A DNA stretch of 32,000 nt from Nitrospirota bacterium. GTDB lineage: Bacteria > Nitrospirota > Thermodesulfovibrionia > Thermodesulfovibrionales > Dissulfurispiraceae. Shown piece after piece: positions 23,777-32,000 of the stretch (the first letter of the stretch is position 1; each line of letters starts with the position of its first letter). The notes beneath the pieces were generated by a model, which ran no database searches, was not told where the DNA came from, and was given only the letters and a program-made list of their open reading frames with translations. The translations under genes and the position numbers were made by a program. The DNA lies in assembly GCA_040752355.1 (NCBI GenBank), contig JBFMHE010000023.1, forward strand, positions 1 through 32,000, written 5' to 3'.

Positions 23777-26458
23777 ATGACCGAACGGGATTTCAAGTAC
23801 CGGCGCGAGGACTTCGGCCCGCTTCCGGTGACGCTGCACCATCTGACGATCTCCCTGAGCTTCTTCAGCGATTCCGTCGAGGCGACCAACTGTCTCGAGA
23901 TGAGCGCGCGGCAGGAGCTCAGCGAGCTCCCTCTCGACGCCAACAGCCTCGAGATCCTCTCTGTCGAACAGGTCACAGGCCCCGAAGACCGGCAGGGGAC
24001 CCCCCTGCGCTACGACTACCAGAGGGAGAGGAACAAACTGGTCGTGCTCCTGCCGCAGAGGGTTGCGCCCGGGGAGAGATTCTTCGTGAGGACGAAGACC
24101 CGCTGCTTTCCCTCCGATCACCTCCTGGAGGGGATATACAGGGATGCGACACCTCCCGGCAAGCCGCAGCAGTATATGTCACAGTGCCAGCAGTGGGGAT
24201 TCCAGCGCATCATGCCGATCTTCGACGACTGCCGTGCGAAGTGCACCATGACGACGACCCTCGAAGCGGACAGCGCCTATACCCATCTCATCAGCAACGG
24301 CAACATCAGCCGCCGCACGAATCCCGGGGGAAGGCCGGCGCCCAAGCCGGGCGACCCGAAACGGCAGGTCATTACCTATGAGAATCCGCTCCCGATGGCG
24401 CCCTATCTCTTCATCGCCTGCGCCGGGACCTGGGACACCCTCGTCGACAGCGTCACCTATCCGTCGGGGAGGACGGTGCGCCTCGAGTACCTCGTGCCCC
24501 CCGGCGCGGTCGACGAGGTGCGCGTACCCATGGAGATACTGAAGGCGTCGGTGCTCTGGGTCGGCAGGACCCAGGATTACGAATACACCGGCGATACCTA
24601 TCGCACCATCTGCATGAACAAATCGAATTTCGGGGGTATGGAGAACGTCGGCAACACCACGATCGTCACCGACGCCGCGCTCATCAACGAGCATACCCTC
24701 GACACGGCGCTGCTCTACGCCCATGCGGTGATCGTGCACGAATTCGAGCACAACCAGTGCGGCAGCGAGACGACCATGGATACGCCGTTCGATGTCTGGC
24801 TCAACGAAGCCTATACCGTGGATGTGGAGCGCCAGTTCATGGCCGATGTCTTCACTCCCTCCTTCGTGCGCCTGCAGCAGGTGGACAGCATCCGCAATCC
24901 TCTCCTCGGCCCCCTGGCGATCGAGGACGCAGGGCATGCCGGGAGGATCGTCCGGGAGGGATTCAACGACCCCGATGAGCTCATCGACAGCGTCACGTAT
25001 GTGAAGGCCGCCGAGGTGATCAGGATGCTCCGCCTCGTCATCGGCGCCGAAGACTTCATCAAGGGCAAGACGCTCTACTTCACGCGGTATCATAACGGCA
25101 ACGCCACGACGGACCAGTTCTTCGCCTGCTTCGAGGAGGCCTCGGGTATCTCCCTCGAACAATTCAAACGGCAGTGGCTCTATATCATCGGCTATCCGAA
25201 GGTGAGCGCCACGACCCATTACGATCCGTCGTCGAAGAGCTGCCGCATCCGCTTCCGGCAGGCGGTGAAACAGGACCAGCAGTCCTTTCATCTCCCCCTC
25301 GAGCTCGCACTCGTAGACCGGCAGGGGCGCGATATGCCGGGAACGCATCAGGTCTTCCAGCTGAAAGAGAGCGAAGCGGAGCTGCTGATCGAGCGGGTCG
25401 ACGAGGCGCCTGCATTCGCCTCGATGAACCGGGGCTACTCCTTCTACGGCACCTTTCAGCACGAGAACGCGTCGCCCGAGGCGAGGATAGCCCAGGCGCG
25501 GCTCGACCCCGATGTCTACAACCGGATCGATGCGATGCGGCAGCTGACTGACCAGGAGCGCATCGCCCTCCTCGAGAGCCTGGATAAGGGGACTATCGGC
25601 GACGTGAGCGCGGCGTGGCTCGATCTTTACGGCGAATTCCTCGCCGATCCGGCTCTGCCTGCATCGCTCAAGGCGTACTTTCTCCGCATCGACGAGCAGC
25701 CGGTAAACCGCGCCTACAGCACCTGGTACCAGGAGCTCGTCGCCGCACGGGAAGCACTCATGAAGGCGGTGAACCGCCGTTATCGCGACCGGCTCGTCAG
25801 GGAGTTCCGGCGCATCGATACCTATTCGGCTGCGCCTGCCGCCTCACCGGGCAGCGGCATCGAAGAGCGCATGCTCAAGAACGTGCTGCTCGATCTGATC
25901 GTTATCGACGACTCTCCTGAGAGCCATCGCCTTATCCATGAGCATTTCGCTGCGGCGACTGCGGCCACTGATCGTGTTGCAGCGCTCCTCGCCCTCAACC
26001 GGAGCTCGGCCCCCCGGCGGAGGGAAGCGCTCGAAGAAGTGTACGAGAAGTGGCGTCACCATCTGAGCGGCTACGCCAATTACCTTCGCATCGTGTCGAG
26101 CGGGACCCGTGAGGATGTCTTCGACATGATCGAGGCCGAAAAGCGGCGTCCAGGGTTCGACATTACCCAGCCCACATGGAGCAGGGCGCTGTTCCTCCCC
26201 ATGGCGGCAAACAACAAGATGGTCTGGACAGACCGGGGCATCGCGTGGGTTGCGGCAACGGTGGTAGAGCTGGCCCCCATCAATGCAACGACGACGGGGC
26301 GGCTGCTCACCACCTTTCAGCACGTCCGGTCATTGAAGCCCGCGCTCCGGGGGAAGGCAGCGGACGCCCTGGAGCGTATCGTCGGGAACGTTTCGCCCGA
26401 GAAGAGCCCGGCTGTTTACGGCCAGGCGAGGACGTATCTGGCGAGTGTTGCCCCGTAA
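23777..26458 (+). CDS. pepN: M1-family aminopeptidase (aminopeptidase N-like, 893 aa)
   Basis: GGMEN exopeptidase motif and HEFEHNQCG...WLNEAYT (HExxH plus a distal Glu). An AAAGGAG SD is present. Confidence 0.88.
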   Translation: MTERDFKYRREDFGPLPVTLHHLTISLSFFSDSVEATNCLEMSARQELSELPLDANSLEILSVEQVTGPEDRQGTPLRYDYQRERNKLVVLLPQRVAPGERFFVRTKTRCFPSDHLLEGIYRDATPPGKPQQYMSQCQQWGFQRIMPIFDDCRAKCTMTTTLEADSAYTHLISNGNISRRTNPGGRPAPKPGDPKRQVITYENPLPMAPYLFIACAGTWDTLVDSVTYPSGRTVRLEYLVPPGAVDEVRVPMEILKASVLWVGRTQDYEYTGDTYRTICMNKSNFGGMENVGNTTIVTDAALINEHTLDTALLYAHAVIVHEFEHNQCGSETTMDTPFDVWLNEAYTVDVERQFMADVFTPSFVRLQQVDSIRNPLLGPLAIEDAGHAGRIVREGFNDPDELIDSVTYVKAAEVIRMLRLVIGAEDFIKGKTLYFTRYHNGNATTDQFFACFEEASGISLEQFKRQWLYIIGYPKVSATTHYDPSSKSCRIRFRQAVKQDQQSFHLPLELALVDRQGRDMPGTHQVFQLKESEAELLIERVDEAPAFASMNRGYSFYGTFQHENASPEARIAQARLDPDVYNRIDAMRQLTDQERIALLESLDKGTIGDVSAAWLDLYGEFLADPALPASLKAYFLRIDEQPVNRAYSTWYQELVAAREALMKAVNRRYRDRLVREFRRIDTYSAAPAASPGSGIEERMLKNVLLDLIVIDDSPESHRLIHEHFAAATAATDRVAALLALNRSSAPRRREALEEVYEKWRHHLSGYANYLRIVSSGTREDVFDMIEAEKRRPGFDITQPTWSRALFLPMAANNKMVWTDRGIAWVAATVVELAPINATTTGRLLTTFQHVRSLKPALRGKAADALERIVGNVSPEKSPAVYGQARTYLASVAP

Positions 26459-26468
26459 GAGTGTGGAG

Positions 26469-26858
26469 TTATCCGGCGTCTGCCTGCGGCGCGGCAGGAG
26501 GCGCTGCAGGCTGCTGCGGCGCAGGGGCGGGTGCTGCCGGCGGCCTCACCGGCTGAGCAGCAGGGAGGGGCCTCTCATAGTACTCGACGGGGTCGAAATT
26601 CCCCAGCGGCCTGGTGAAGGTAAACTTGGCAGGGGCGACGATGAGCTGGCGGGCGGCGTTCTCCGTGCTGCCGCTTATGAGAGCAAAAGGCAGAGAGGCG
26701 ATGAACACTGCGGTGCCGACGGCGATGGCGACGATCCCCACCGGTCTGACGATGAGCGTATCTGCCATGATCGAGCCTGCCCCCCCGTCAGCGGCAAAAG
26801 AGAGCGTCGAGGTGAACAGGACAGCAAGCGAGAGAATGAGGGCGATGATTGTTCTCAT
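26469..26858 (-). CDS. Small conserved-looking membrane protein with a Pro/Ala-rich C-terminal tail (function unknown)
   Basis: MRTIIALILSLAVLFTSTLSFA signal, a TM segment VRPVGIVAIAVGTAVFIASLPFALI, then PAKFTFTRPLG, ending in PAAQPVRPPAAPAPAPQQPAAPPAAPQ. A GGAGGA SD lies 4 nt upstream. The rest of the 26469-27638 track ORF is antisense to the TRIC gene. Confidence 0.6.
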   Translation of the reverse strand: MRTIIALILSLAVLFTSTLSFAADGGAGSIMADTLIVRPVGIVAIAVGTAVFIASLPFALISGSTENAARQLIVAPAKFTFTRPLGNFDPVEYYERPLPAAQPVRPPAAPAPAPQQPAAPPAAPQADAG

Positions 26859-27053
26859 AGTATCCTCCATGACCCTTCGGTATCGCCGCATCCCCTGCCG
26901 GTTGAGGTGAGGGAAGGGCGCTGCGTTACTTCCATTATAGGGCAAAGGACGGGCGATCTTCAATGAGATCAAAGGGCGATCACCGGGCGGCTGCCGGTGC
27001 TTCCGCAGGGGATTTGCAATAATCCGGGGCGTCTGGTTCACTACGGTAACGGC

Positions 27054-27677
27054 ATGCATGATACTATCCCTGTAATTTACCTGCTCGACCTCTTCGGTGT
27101 CGTCGTCTTCGCCGTCACCGGCTCCCTGGCCGCAGGGAAAAAGAGGATGGACCTCTTCGGCGCGGTGGTGCTCGCTCTCGCAACAGCGCTGGGGGGCGGA
27201 ACTCTGCGCGACCTCATCCTCGGAGCGCACCCGGTCTTCTGGATCGCCGACCCGACGTATATCGTCGTAGCGTCTGTCGCCTCCATCCTGACCTTTGCGC
27301 TGGCCCGCTTCCTCGGCCCGCTCGGCAAGCTGCTCAAGGTGGCGGATGCCTTCGGGCTTGCCGTCTTCACGGTCATCGGGGTCCGCAAGGCGCTCGGCCT
27401 CGATATCGCACCCCTCATCAGCGTGATCATGGGCGTGATGACCGGCGTTGCCGGCGGCATGATACGGGATATGCTTTCGGGGGAGATCCCGCTCATCCTC
27501 CGTACCGAGATCTATGCTACCGCGTCGCTCTGCGGCGCCGCCGCCTTTGCGCTGCTCTCTCCCGTGGTCGCCTCCGAGCGCGTGGTCATTATTGCTGCGG
27601 CAGCGATCATCCTGGTCTTGCGGCTTGCCGCCATACACTGGAAGCTCTCCCTGCCCACCTTCCCGTTTTCGGAGTGA
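27054..27677 (+). CDS. TRIC / UPF0126 family membrane channel (YadS/YicG-like)
   Basis: Two UPF0126 repeats, each with the Gly-rich motif (GGGTLRDLILG and AGGMIRDMLSG). About 7 hydrophobic segments. Confidence 0.85.
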   Translation: MHDTIPVIYLLDLFGVVVFAVTGSLAAGKKRMDLFGAVVLALATALGGGTLRDLILGAHPVFWIADPTYIVVASVASILTFALARFLGPLGKLLKVADAFGLAVFTVIGVRKALGLDIAPLISVIMGVMTGVAGGMIRDMLSGEIPLILRTEIYATASLCGAAAFALLSPVVASERVVIIAAAAIILVLRLAAIHWKLSLPTFPFSE

Positions 27678-27746
27678 GGAGGCCCCTCACCCGGGAGGAA
27701 CTCCCGCGCACTTGCATTTTGCATCCCCCTATGCTCCAATTTTATT

Positions 27747-27770
27747 AGAGAGGCGTTTCGCATCCTCTCT
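27747..27770 (+). terminator. Hairpin, possible weak terminator after the TRIC gene
   Basis: AGAGAGG (27747-27753) pairs with CCTCTCT (27764-27770) around a 10-nt loop, followed by TTCGT. The U-tract is poor. Confidence 0.3.
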
Positions 27771-27930
27771 TTCGTATGAACCGCTCACGCTGCTCCAACG
27801 AATCCTCGCGCGCTGCACCCGTTTACCCGGAACGGCTTGTGTCCAGCTTCTGGATATCTCCGGCAGTGGCGCGTCCCGGCGTTTTTACGCAAGGGGGGCA
27901 GGGGCATCTTTCGTACAAGAGGAGGTACTG

Positions 27931-28389
27931 ATGGATATTCTGGCATTGCTGAAAAAAGATCATGAAAGCGCATTGATGCTGTTCGATGAGCTCGATCAGA
28001 TCATGGAACGGGGGACAAAAAAACAGGGCAGGCAGGAACATGTTTTCAACCAGCTCCGGCAGGAGCTCGAAATGCACATGCTGGGCGAGGAGGATGTCTT
28101 CTATCCGCTGCTCAGCGAGGACGAGGATACCCGTCCCATGATACAGGACGCCCTGGAGGAGCACCGGCGGGTCAAGCTCCTCCTGACCGATATCGGACGC
28201 ATACCGAGGGGCGAGCGGTGGAACGACCGGCTCAAGGATTTGAGAAAGAGCGTGGAGCAGCATATCGAGGAGGAGGAGGACGATATTTTCGAGCGTGCAG
28301 AGGACCTGCTCGGGAGCGACCAGCGGGGCATTATGGGCAACCGGGTGATGGAGATCAAAGAGGAGCATATGGCTGCTTCATCACGGTAA
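27931..28389 (+). CDS. Hemerythrin-like (HHE cation-binding) domain protein
   Basis: KKDHESALMLF, EMHMLGEEDVFYP, EEHRRVK and EQHIEEEEDDIF are the repeated His/Glu ligand pattern of hemerythrin HHE domains. An AGAGGAGG SD is present. Confidence 0.85.
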   Translation: MDILALLKKDHESALMLFDELDQIMERGTKKQGRQEHVFNQLRQELEMHMLGEEDVFYPLLSEDEDTRPMIQDALEEHRRVKLLLTDIGRIPRGERWNDRLKDLRKSVEQHIEEEEDDIFERAEDLLGSDQRGIMGNRVMEIKEEHMAASSR

Positions 28390-28424
28390 GCGGAACGGAA
28401 GCAGGATCAGGAAAGGAGGAGACG

Positions 28425-28814
28425 ATGAAATTCGATGAATTCCTTAAGAGGGTGCAGAGCCTTACCGGCATCGATTCGACTGGTGAGACGATGAGGGCTA
28501 TCAGTGCCACCCTCGAGGTGCTCGGCCAGCGGCTGGTCAGGGGCGAGGCAGAAGACCTTGCAGCGCAGCTTCCGGCTGAGCTCCAGGCGTGCCTGCTCAA
28601 GGAGCGGGGCCCCCAGCGCTTCGAGCTCGACGAGTTCTTCAGGCGTATCGGAGAAAAGGAAGGCATCGGTCGCGACCTGGCGGAGAAGCATGCACGGGTC
28701 GTTTTAGCGATGATGACCGAGACGGTGAGCTCGGGCGAGATCAAGGATGTGCTCTCCGAGCTGCCGAAGGAGTTTCACGAGCTTTTCAAGCCCGTATCGG
28801 TGGGAGCAGCATGA
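28425..28814 (+). CDS. DUF2267 domain-containing protein
   Basis: MKFDEFLKRVQSLTG...AISATLEVLGQRLVRGEAEDLAAQLPAEL...FFRRIGEKEGI...VVLAMMTETVSSGEIKDVLSELP is the two-repeat DUF2267 pattern. An AAAGGAGGAG SD is present. Confidence 0.75.
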   Translation: MKFDEFLKRVQSLTGIDSTGETMRAISATLEVLGQRLVRGEAEDLAAQLPAELQACLLKERGPQRFELDEFFRRIGEKEGIGRDLAEKHARVVLAMMTETVSSGEIKDVLSELPKEFHELFKPVSVGAA

Positions 28815-28850
28815 GCGCCCGCCGGTTGCGCGAGAGAGGGATTATCCATC

Positions 28851-29507
28851 GTGTTCAATGATAGAAGGGATGCGGGAGTACAGCTCGCCGAACGGCTGAA
28901 GGAGTACCGGGACCGGCATGATGTCCTGGTGCTCGCTCTTCCGCGAGGCGGCGCGGTCACCGGCTCCGAGATCGCCTCCCGGCTCAATGCGCTCTTCGAT
29001 ATCATCATTGTGCGAAAGCTCGGCTTTCCCGGCCAGCCGGAGCTTGCCATAGGAGCGGTTGCGGAGACGGGTACGGTCGTTTTGAATCACGATATCATCT
29101 CGATGTTCACCATTACGGACGAGTATATCCAGGCCGAGGTCTCCCGGCAGAATGAAGAGATAGCCCGCAGGATCGAGCGCTATCGGGGCGGCGCTTCCCT
29201 TACCGGGCTCCGCGGCAAGACGGTTATTCTCGTCGACGACGGCGTCGCCACGGGCGCGACGATGAAAGCGGCGATCACCGCCCTCCGGAAAGAGGAGATC
29301 GGCCGCATGGTCGTTGCCGTTCCCGTTGCCCCGCCCGAGACGGCGGAGGTATTGAAACATATGGCCGATGAGTTCATCTGCATGGAAACGCCCCTCTCGT
29401 TCATGTCCGTAGGGAGTTACTACCGTGATTTCACCCAGGTGACCGATGAGGAGGTGGTCGCGCTGTTGCAGGAGTCGATGGCCCTCAGCGCAGCCCGGAA
29501 CGGGTAA
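28851..29507 (+). CDS. Phosphoribosyltransferase-family protein
   Basis: (M)FNDRRDAGVQLAERL at the N-terminus and the PRPP-binding loop VILVDDGVATGATM. GTG start. Confidence 0.85.
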   Translation: MFNDRRDAGVQLAERLKEYRDRHDVLVLALPRGGAVTGSEIASRLNALFDIIIVRKLGFPGQPELAIGAVAETGTVVLNHDIISMFTITDEYIQAEVSRQNEEIARRIERYRGGASLTGLRGKTVILVDDGVATGATMKAAITALRKEEIGRMVVAVPVAPPETAEVLKHMADEFICMETPLSFMSVGSYYRDFTQVTDEEVVALLQESMALSAARNG

Positions 29508-29562
29508 GGGAGAGAGCGGGTCCTGCCCAAGGCTATTCCGCGTAGCTCCTCCAGCGGGAATC

Positions 29563-32000
29563 TCACTTCGGCGCCACTTCGGCATCGACGCTATGTTCTC
29601 TTCCCTCCCGCAGGAAGATGATCCCGATACGGTTTCCCGGGCTGAGGGACTTGAGCACATTCGAAAGGTCCTTCAAACTGTTCACCGGGGCTGCGTTGAT
29701 GCGTATAATGATGTCGCCCTCCTTCAGACCGCAGATCTCTGCAGCCGAGCCCGGCACGACTCCCGAGAGGCGGCACCCGGCGCCGCTGAAGGTGAAGTCC
29801 GGGATAGTGCCGAGACTCACCCGCCGTTCTCCTTTCGCCTCCGCAGCTTCGCTTCCTCTCTTACGGTCGGCCGGGGTGAGCGGCTCCGGACGGGAGGCGA
29901 GGTATTCGATCGCTTCCTTTGCTACCGATGCCGCCTTCACGAGCCCTTCTGCGTCGGTCTTGTCAGCGGTATCGGTGGGACGGTGATAGTCGGGGTGCGG
30001 TCCGCTGAAGAGCTGTATCGCGGGAATGCCCGCCTCCTCGAAGCTCACCTGGTCGCTCGCGTCGAGCCGTTCGGCAACCGCCTCGATCTCGATTCCCGTG
30101 ACAAAGCCGGCGCCCCTGACGATGGGGAGCCACTCCTTTGCCGTATCGCTGCCGAGCACCAGCAGCTTCCTCTTCCCCAGGCGGCCGACGGTATCGAGGT
30201 TGATCATGGCCCGGGACGATGCAGCAGGAAAGCGTTGCTGCCGGGCGATATACTGCTTCGATCCTCTTCTGCCCGCCTCCTCGCCGCTGAAGGCGACGAA
30301 AATGACGGTCCGGTCGGGATTCGTGCTGCTGCCGAGCACGCGGGCCAGCTCCAGGAGCACCGCCACGCCGCTCGCGTTGTCGTCGGCGCCGGGATGTACT
30401 TTCCCTTTGTTGCCCTCCCGCACGTCGGGCCAGCCGAGGCCGAGGTGGTCGTAGTGCGCACCGATGACGATGCTCTGGCCGGCCCACTCCGCTCTCTTTC
30501 CGGGAAGGATGCCGACGACATTCCTGAGCGATGCCGCGGCTTCGGGCTCTCCCCCCCGTTCGCTCCAGGTCTGGAAATAGCTCTCTTCAGTCTCTCCTCC
30601 CGGCATGAGTCCCGCCTCCCTGAACCTCTCGGCGATGTGCGCTGCCGCCAGTTCGAGCCCTTCGGAGCCGAAACCCCTTCCCTTGAGCTCGTCGCCCGAA
30701 AGGAACCGCACCGTCTCCATCATGCGCTCTGAGGAGAAGACCTTCGGCAGCGCTGCCAGCGGTTCCCGGGCGGCGAGCGCGGCCCGTTCCACCCGCTTTA
30801 CCGCGCCACCCCTGCCGGGCAGAAAGACGGTCATCGGCGAATCGACGACCGGCCACCGGCCTTTCGCTATATTGACGGGCTCATCGCCCTCGAAGCCGAG
30901 ATAGCTGTACTTGTGATAGTGAGGGAGCTTCCGGCCGAGGCCGGGCAGCGCCTTCACGGTATCGGCGGCTATGAAGAGGAGGGCCATACTGCTGTTCTTC
31001 GCATTGCGCGCCGTCAGTACGACCGCATGGTTGCCGCGAGGAATATCGGTTGCTTCTACGCGAATACCGTTGCCCTGCGCTGATGCGCCATAGCGCTCCA
31101 TGGTCTTGAGCGCCTCCGCTGCAAAACGATTCTCCCAGCCGACGACCGCTACCGCGCGGTCGGCAGGGAGCTTCCCGATCTCTGTATCGAGCTTTATCTC
31201 TGCCGTATCAGGTCCCGAGGCTGCGAGCATTCTTGCAAAATCGCGGTATCCCCGGAGCAGCGGCGCCTTGGCGGACGCGGGGAGGAGGATCAGCATCTTC
31301 CGGGCCCCGAGGGCCTGCGAAAGCGCGGGAGGGATCTCGTCGAGATCGAGCCTGCGGAAGAGATCGAACTCGGGATCGAGATCGAGCCGCACGGGGCGGG
31401 CGGGTACCGGAAGCGACAGCACGGACCGCTTCTTGCTCACGGTGACGGTCGTCTGGTAGGCGCGCTCCTGGCCTTCCAGTGTTACGGCAAGAGGAATGTT
31501 CAGGCGATAGGCCTTTCCCTCCTGGAGCTGATCGACCGAAAAGGTGAGCAGATAACCGCTCCCCTCCTTCTTCGCCTGCACCTTCCCGAGCGCGATCTGC
31601 GGCGCGCCCCGCCGGGTGACCCACTGATCGAAAAAGGACTTCAGATCTCTCCCCGAGCTCTTCTCGAAGCTCTTCCCGAGATCGGAAAAGGACGCTGCTT
31701 TAAATTTGTACGAGCGGTACAGCTCCTGCAGACCGGCGGTGAAGGCTTTATCCCCCAGTTCCCTGCGGAGCATGTGGAAGACCATGAGCGATTTACCGTA
31801 GCCGACCGCCTCCGAAGAAGAGCTGTGGCGGGAGCGGAACTCGGTCAGCGGAAGATCCCGCTCGGTAAGGACATAATCGGTGTACTTCTGGAGCGTCGTC
31901 TGGCGGTGCTCGACGCCGCTGCCCTGCTGCTCCTTGATGAGGTGGTCGGCGAGATAGGCGGTCAATCCCTCTGACCAGTTGCCCGACCGGTAGTCGGGAA
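29563..32000 (-). CDS. Multidomain peptidase: M1 gluzincin (partial, runs off the window), M28 aminopeptidase and a C-terminal PDZ domain
   Basis: The frame stays open to nt 32000, reading ...GNWSEGLTAYLADH (the M1 distal-Glu region). The M28 core is IGAHYDHLG...GADDNASGVAVLLELAR...FSGEEAGRRGS. The PDZ-like tail is GVVPGSAAEICGLKEGDIIIRINAAPV. Confidence 0.8.
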   Translation of the reverse strand, partial: PDYRSGNWSEGLTAYLADHLIKEQQGSGVEHRQTTLQKYTDYVLTERDLPLTEFRSRHSSSSEAVGYGKSLMVFHMLRRELGDKAFTAGLQELYRSYKFKAASFSDLGKSFEKSSGRDLKSFFDQWVTRRGAPQIALGKVQAKKEGSGYLLTFSVDQLQEGKAYRLNIPLAVTLEGQERAYQTTVTVSKKRSVLSLPVPARPVRLDLDPEFDLFRRLDLDEIPPALSQALGARKMLILLPASAKAPLLRGYRDFARMLAASGPDTAEIKLDTEIGKLPADRAVAVVGWENRFAAEALKTMERYGASAQGNGIRVEATDIPRGNHAVVLTARNAKNSSMALLFIAADTVKALPGLGRKLPHYHKYSYLGFEGDEPVNIAKGRWPVVDSPMTVFLPGRGGAVKRVERAALAAREPLAALPKVFSSERMMETVRFLSGDELKGRGFGSEGLELAAAHIAERFREAGLMPGGETEESYFQTWSERGGEPEAAASLRNVVGILPGKRAEWAGQSIVIGAHYDHLGLGWPDVREGNKGKVHPGADDNASGVAVLLELARVLGSSTNPDRTVIFVAFSGEEAGRRGSKQYIARQQRFPAASSRAMINLDTVGRLGKRKLLVLGSDTAKEWLPIVRGAGFVTGIEIEAVAERLDASDQVSFEEAGIPAIQLFSGPHPDYHRPTDTADKTDAEGLVKAASVAKEAIEYLASRPEPLTPADRKRGSEAAEAKGERRVSLGTIPDFTFSGAGCRLSGVVPGSAAEICGLKEGDIIIRINAAPVNSLKDLSNVLKSLSPGNRIGIIFLREGREHSVDAEVAPK

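Noticed and set aside
26940-26985. Direct repeat GGGCGATC x2 flanking a GATCT/AGATC mini-palindrome in the divergent region between the small membrane protein and the TRIC gene.
   Set aside because: The repeat is short (8 bp) with no second occurrence pattern or promoter context I could support, and it is plausibly chance in GC-rich DNA.
27700-27725. Sigma-54-like sequence GCGCACTTGCATTTTGCAT upstream of the hemerythrin gene.
   Set aside because: The -24 GG is CG, and the GCAC-to-TTGC spacing is off by 2 nt from TGGCAC-N5-TTGC. No enhancer-binding-protein gene is nearby.

Overview
This is a GC-rich bacterial chromosomal segment (about 60-63% G+C in spot-counted lines) that is densely coding on both strands. 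I saw no rRNA, tRNA or CRISPR. The housekeeping blocks are:
- an M48/TPR protease
- a livHMGF branched-chain amino-acid ABC importer, with no binding-protein gene in the window
- acylphosphatase
- a Zn-dependent alcohol dehydrogenase
- a cell-wall and RNA block (AMIN-amidase, GerMN, murI, rph)
- ftsH-folP
- an M1 aminopeptidase N
- a TRIC/UPF0126 channel
- a hemerythrin, DUF2267 and phosphoribosyltransferase trio
- a partial M1+M28+PDZ peptidase running off the 3' edge

The most interesting region is 8.1-17.1 kb, a convergent double ferrous-iron (Feo) locus.
- The plus arm carries a monoheme cytochrome c, two tandem DUF2325-like genes, an outer-membrane beta-barrel, a Cys-insert feoA, a canonical feoA, feoB and an untracked 54-aa Cys-rich membrane peptide.
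- The minus arm carries feoB, fur, a 93-aa CxxC membrane protein, a second Cys-insert feoA and a PTH2-type hydrolase.
- A 15-bp palindrome, TGAGA-N5-TCTCA, occurs exactly three times in the window. Each copy lies in upstream or promoter-proximal DNA of this locus, and two overlap the -10/+1 region of good sigma70-like promoters. I propose it as the operator of the encoded Fur-family regulator.
- The cytochrome, DUF2325 and barrel genes are visibly lower in GC and may be an undescribed accessory module for Fe(II) uptake or sensing.

Other non-genic structure:
- two copies of an element built from inverted arrays of NNTCAGC heptamers
- a MITE-like element with perfect 34-bp inverted repeats
- a decayed Phd/YefM-ParE/RelE toxin-antitoxin module in a low-GC islet
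- several hairpins

All functional calls come from motif recognition by eye. No database search was run.
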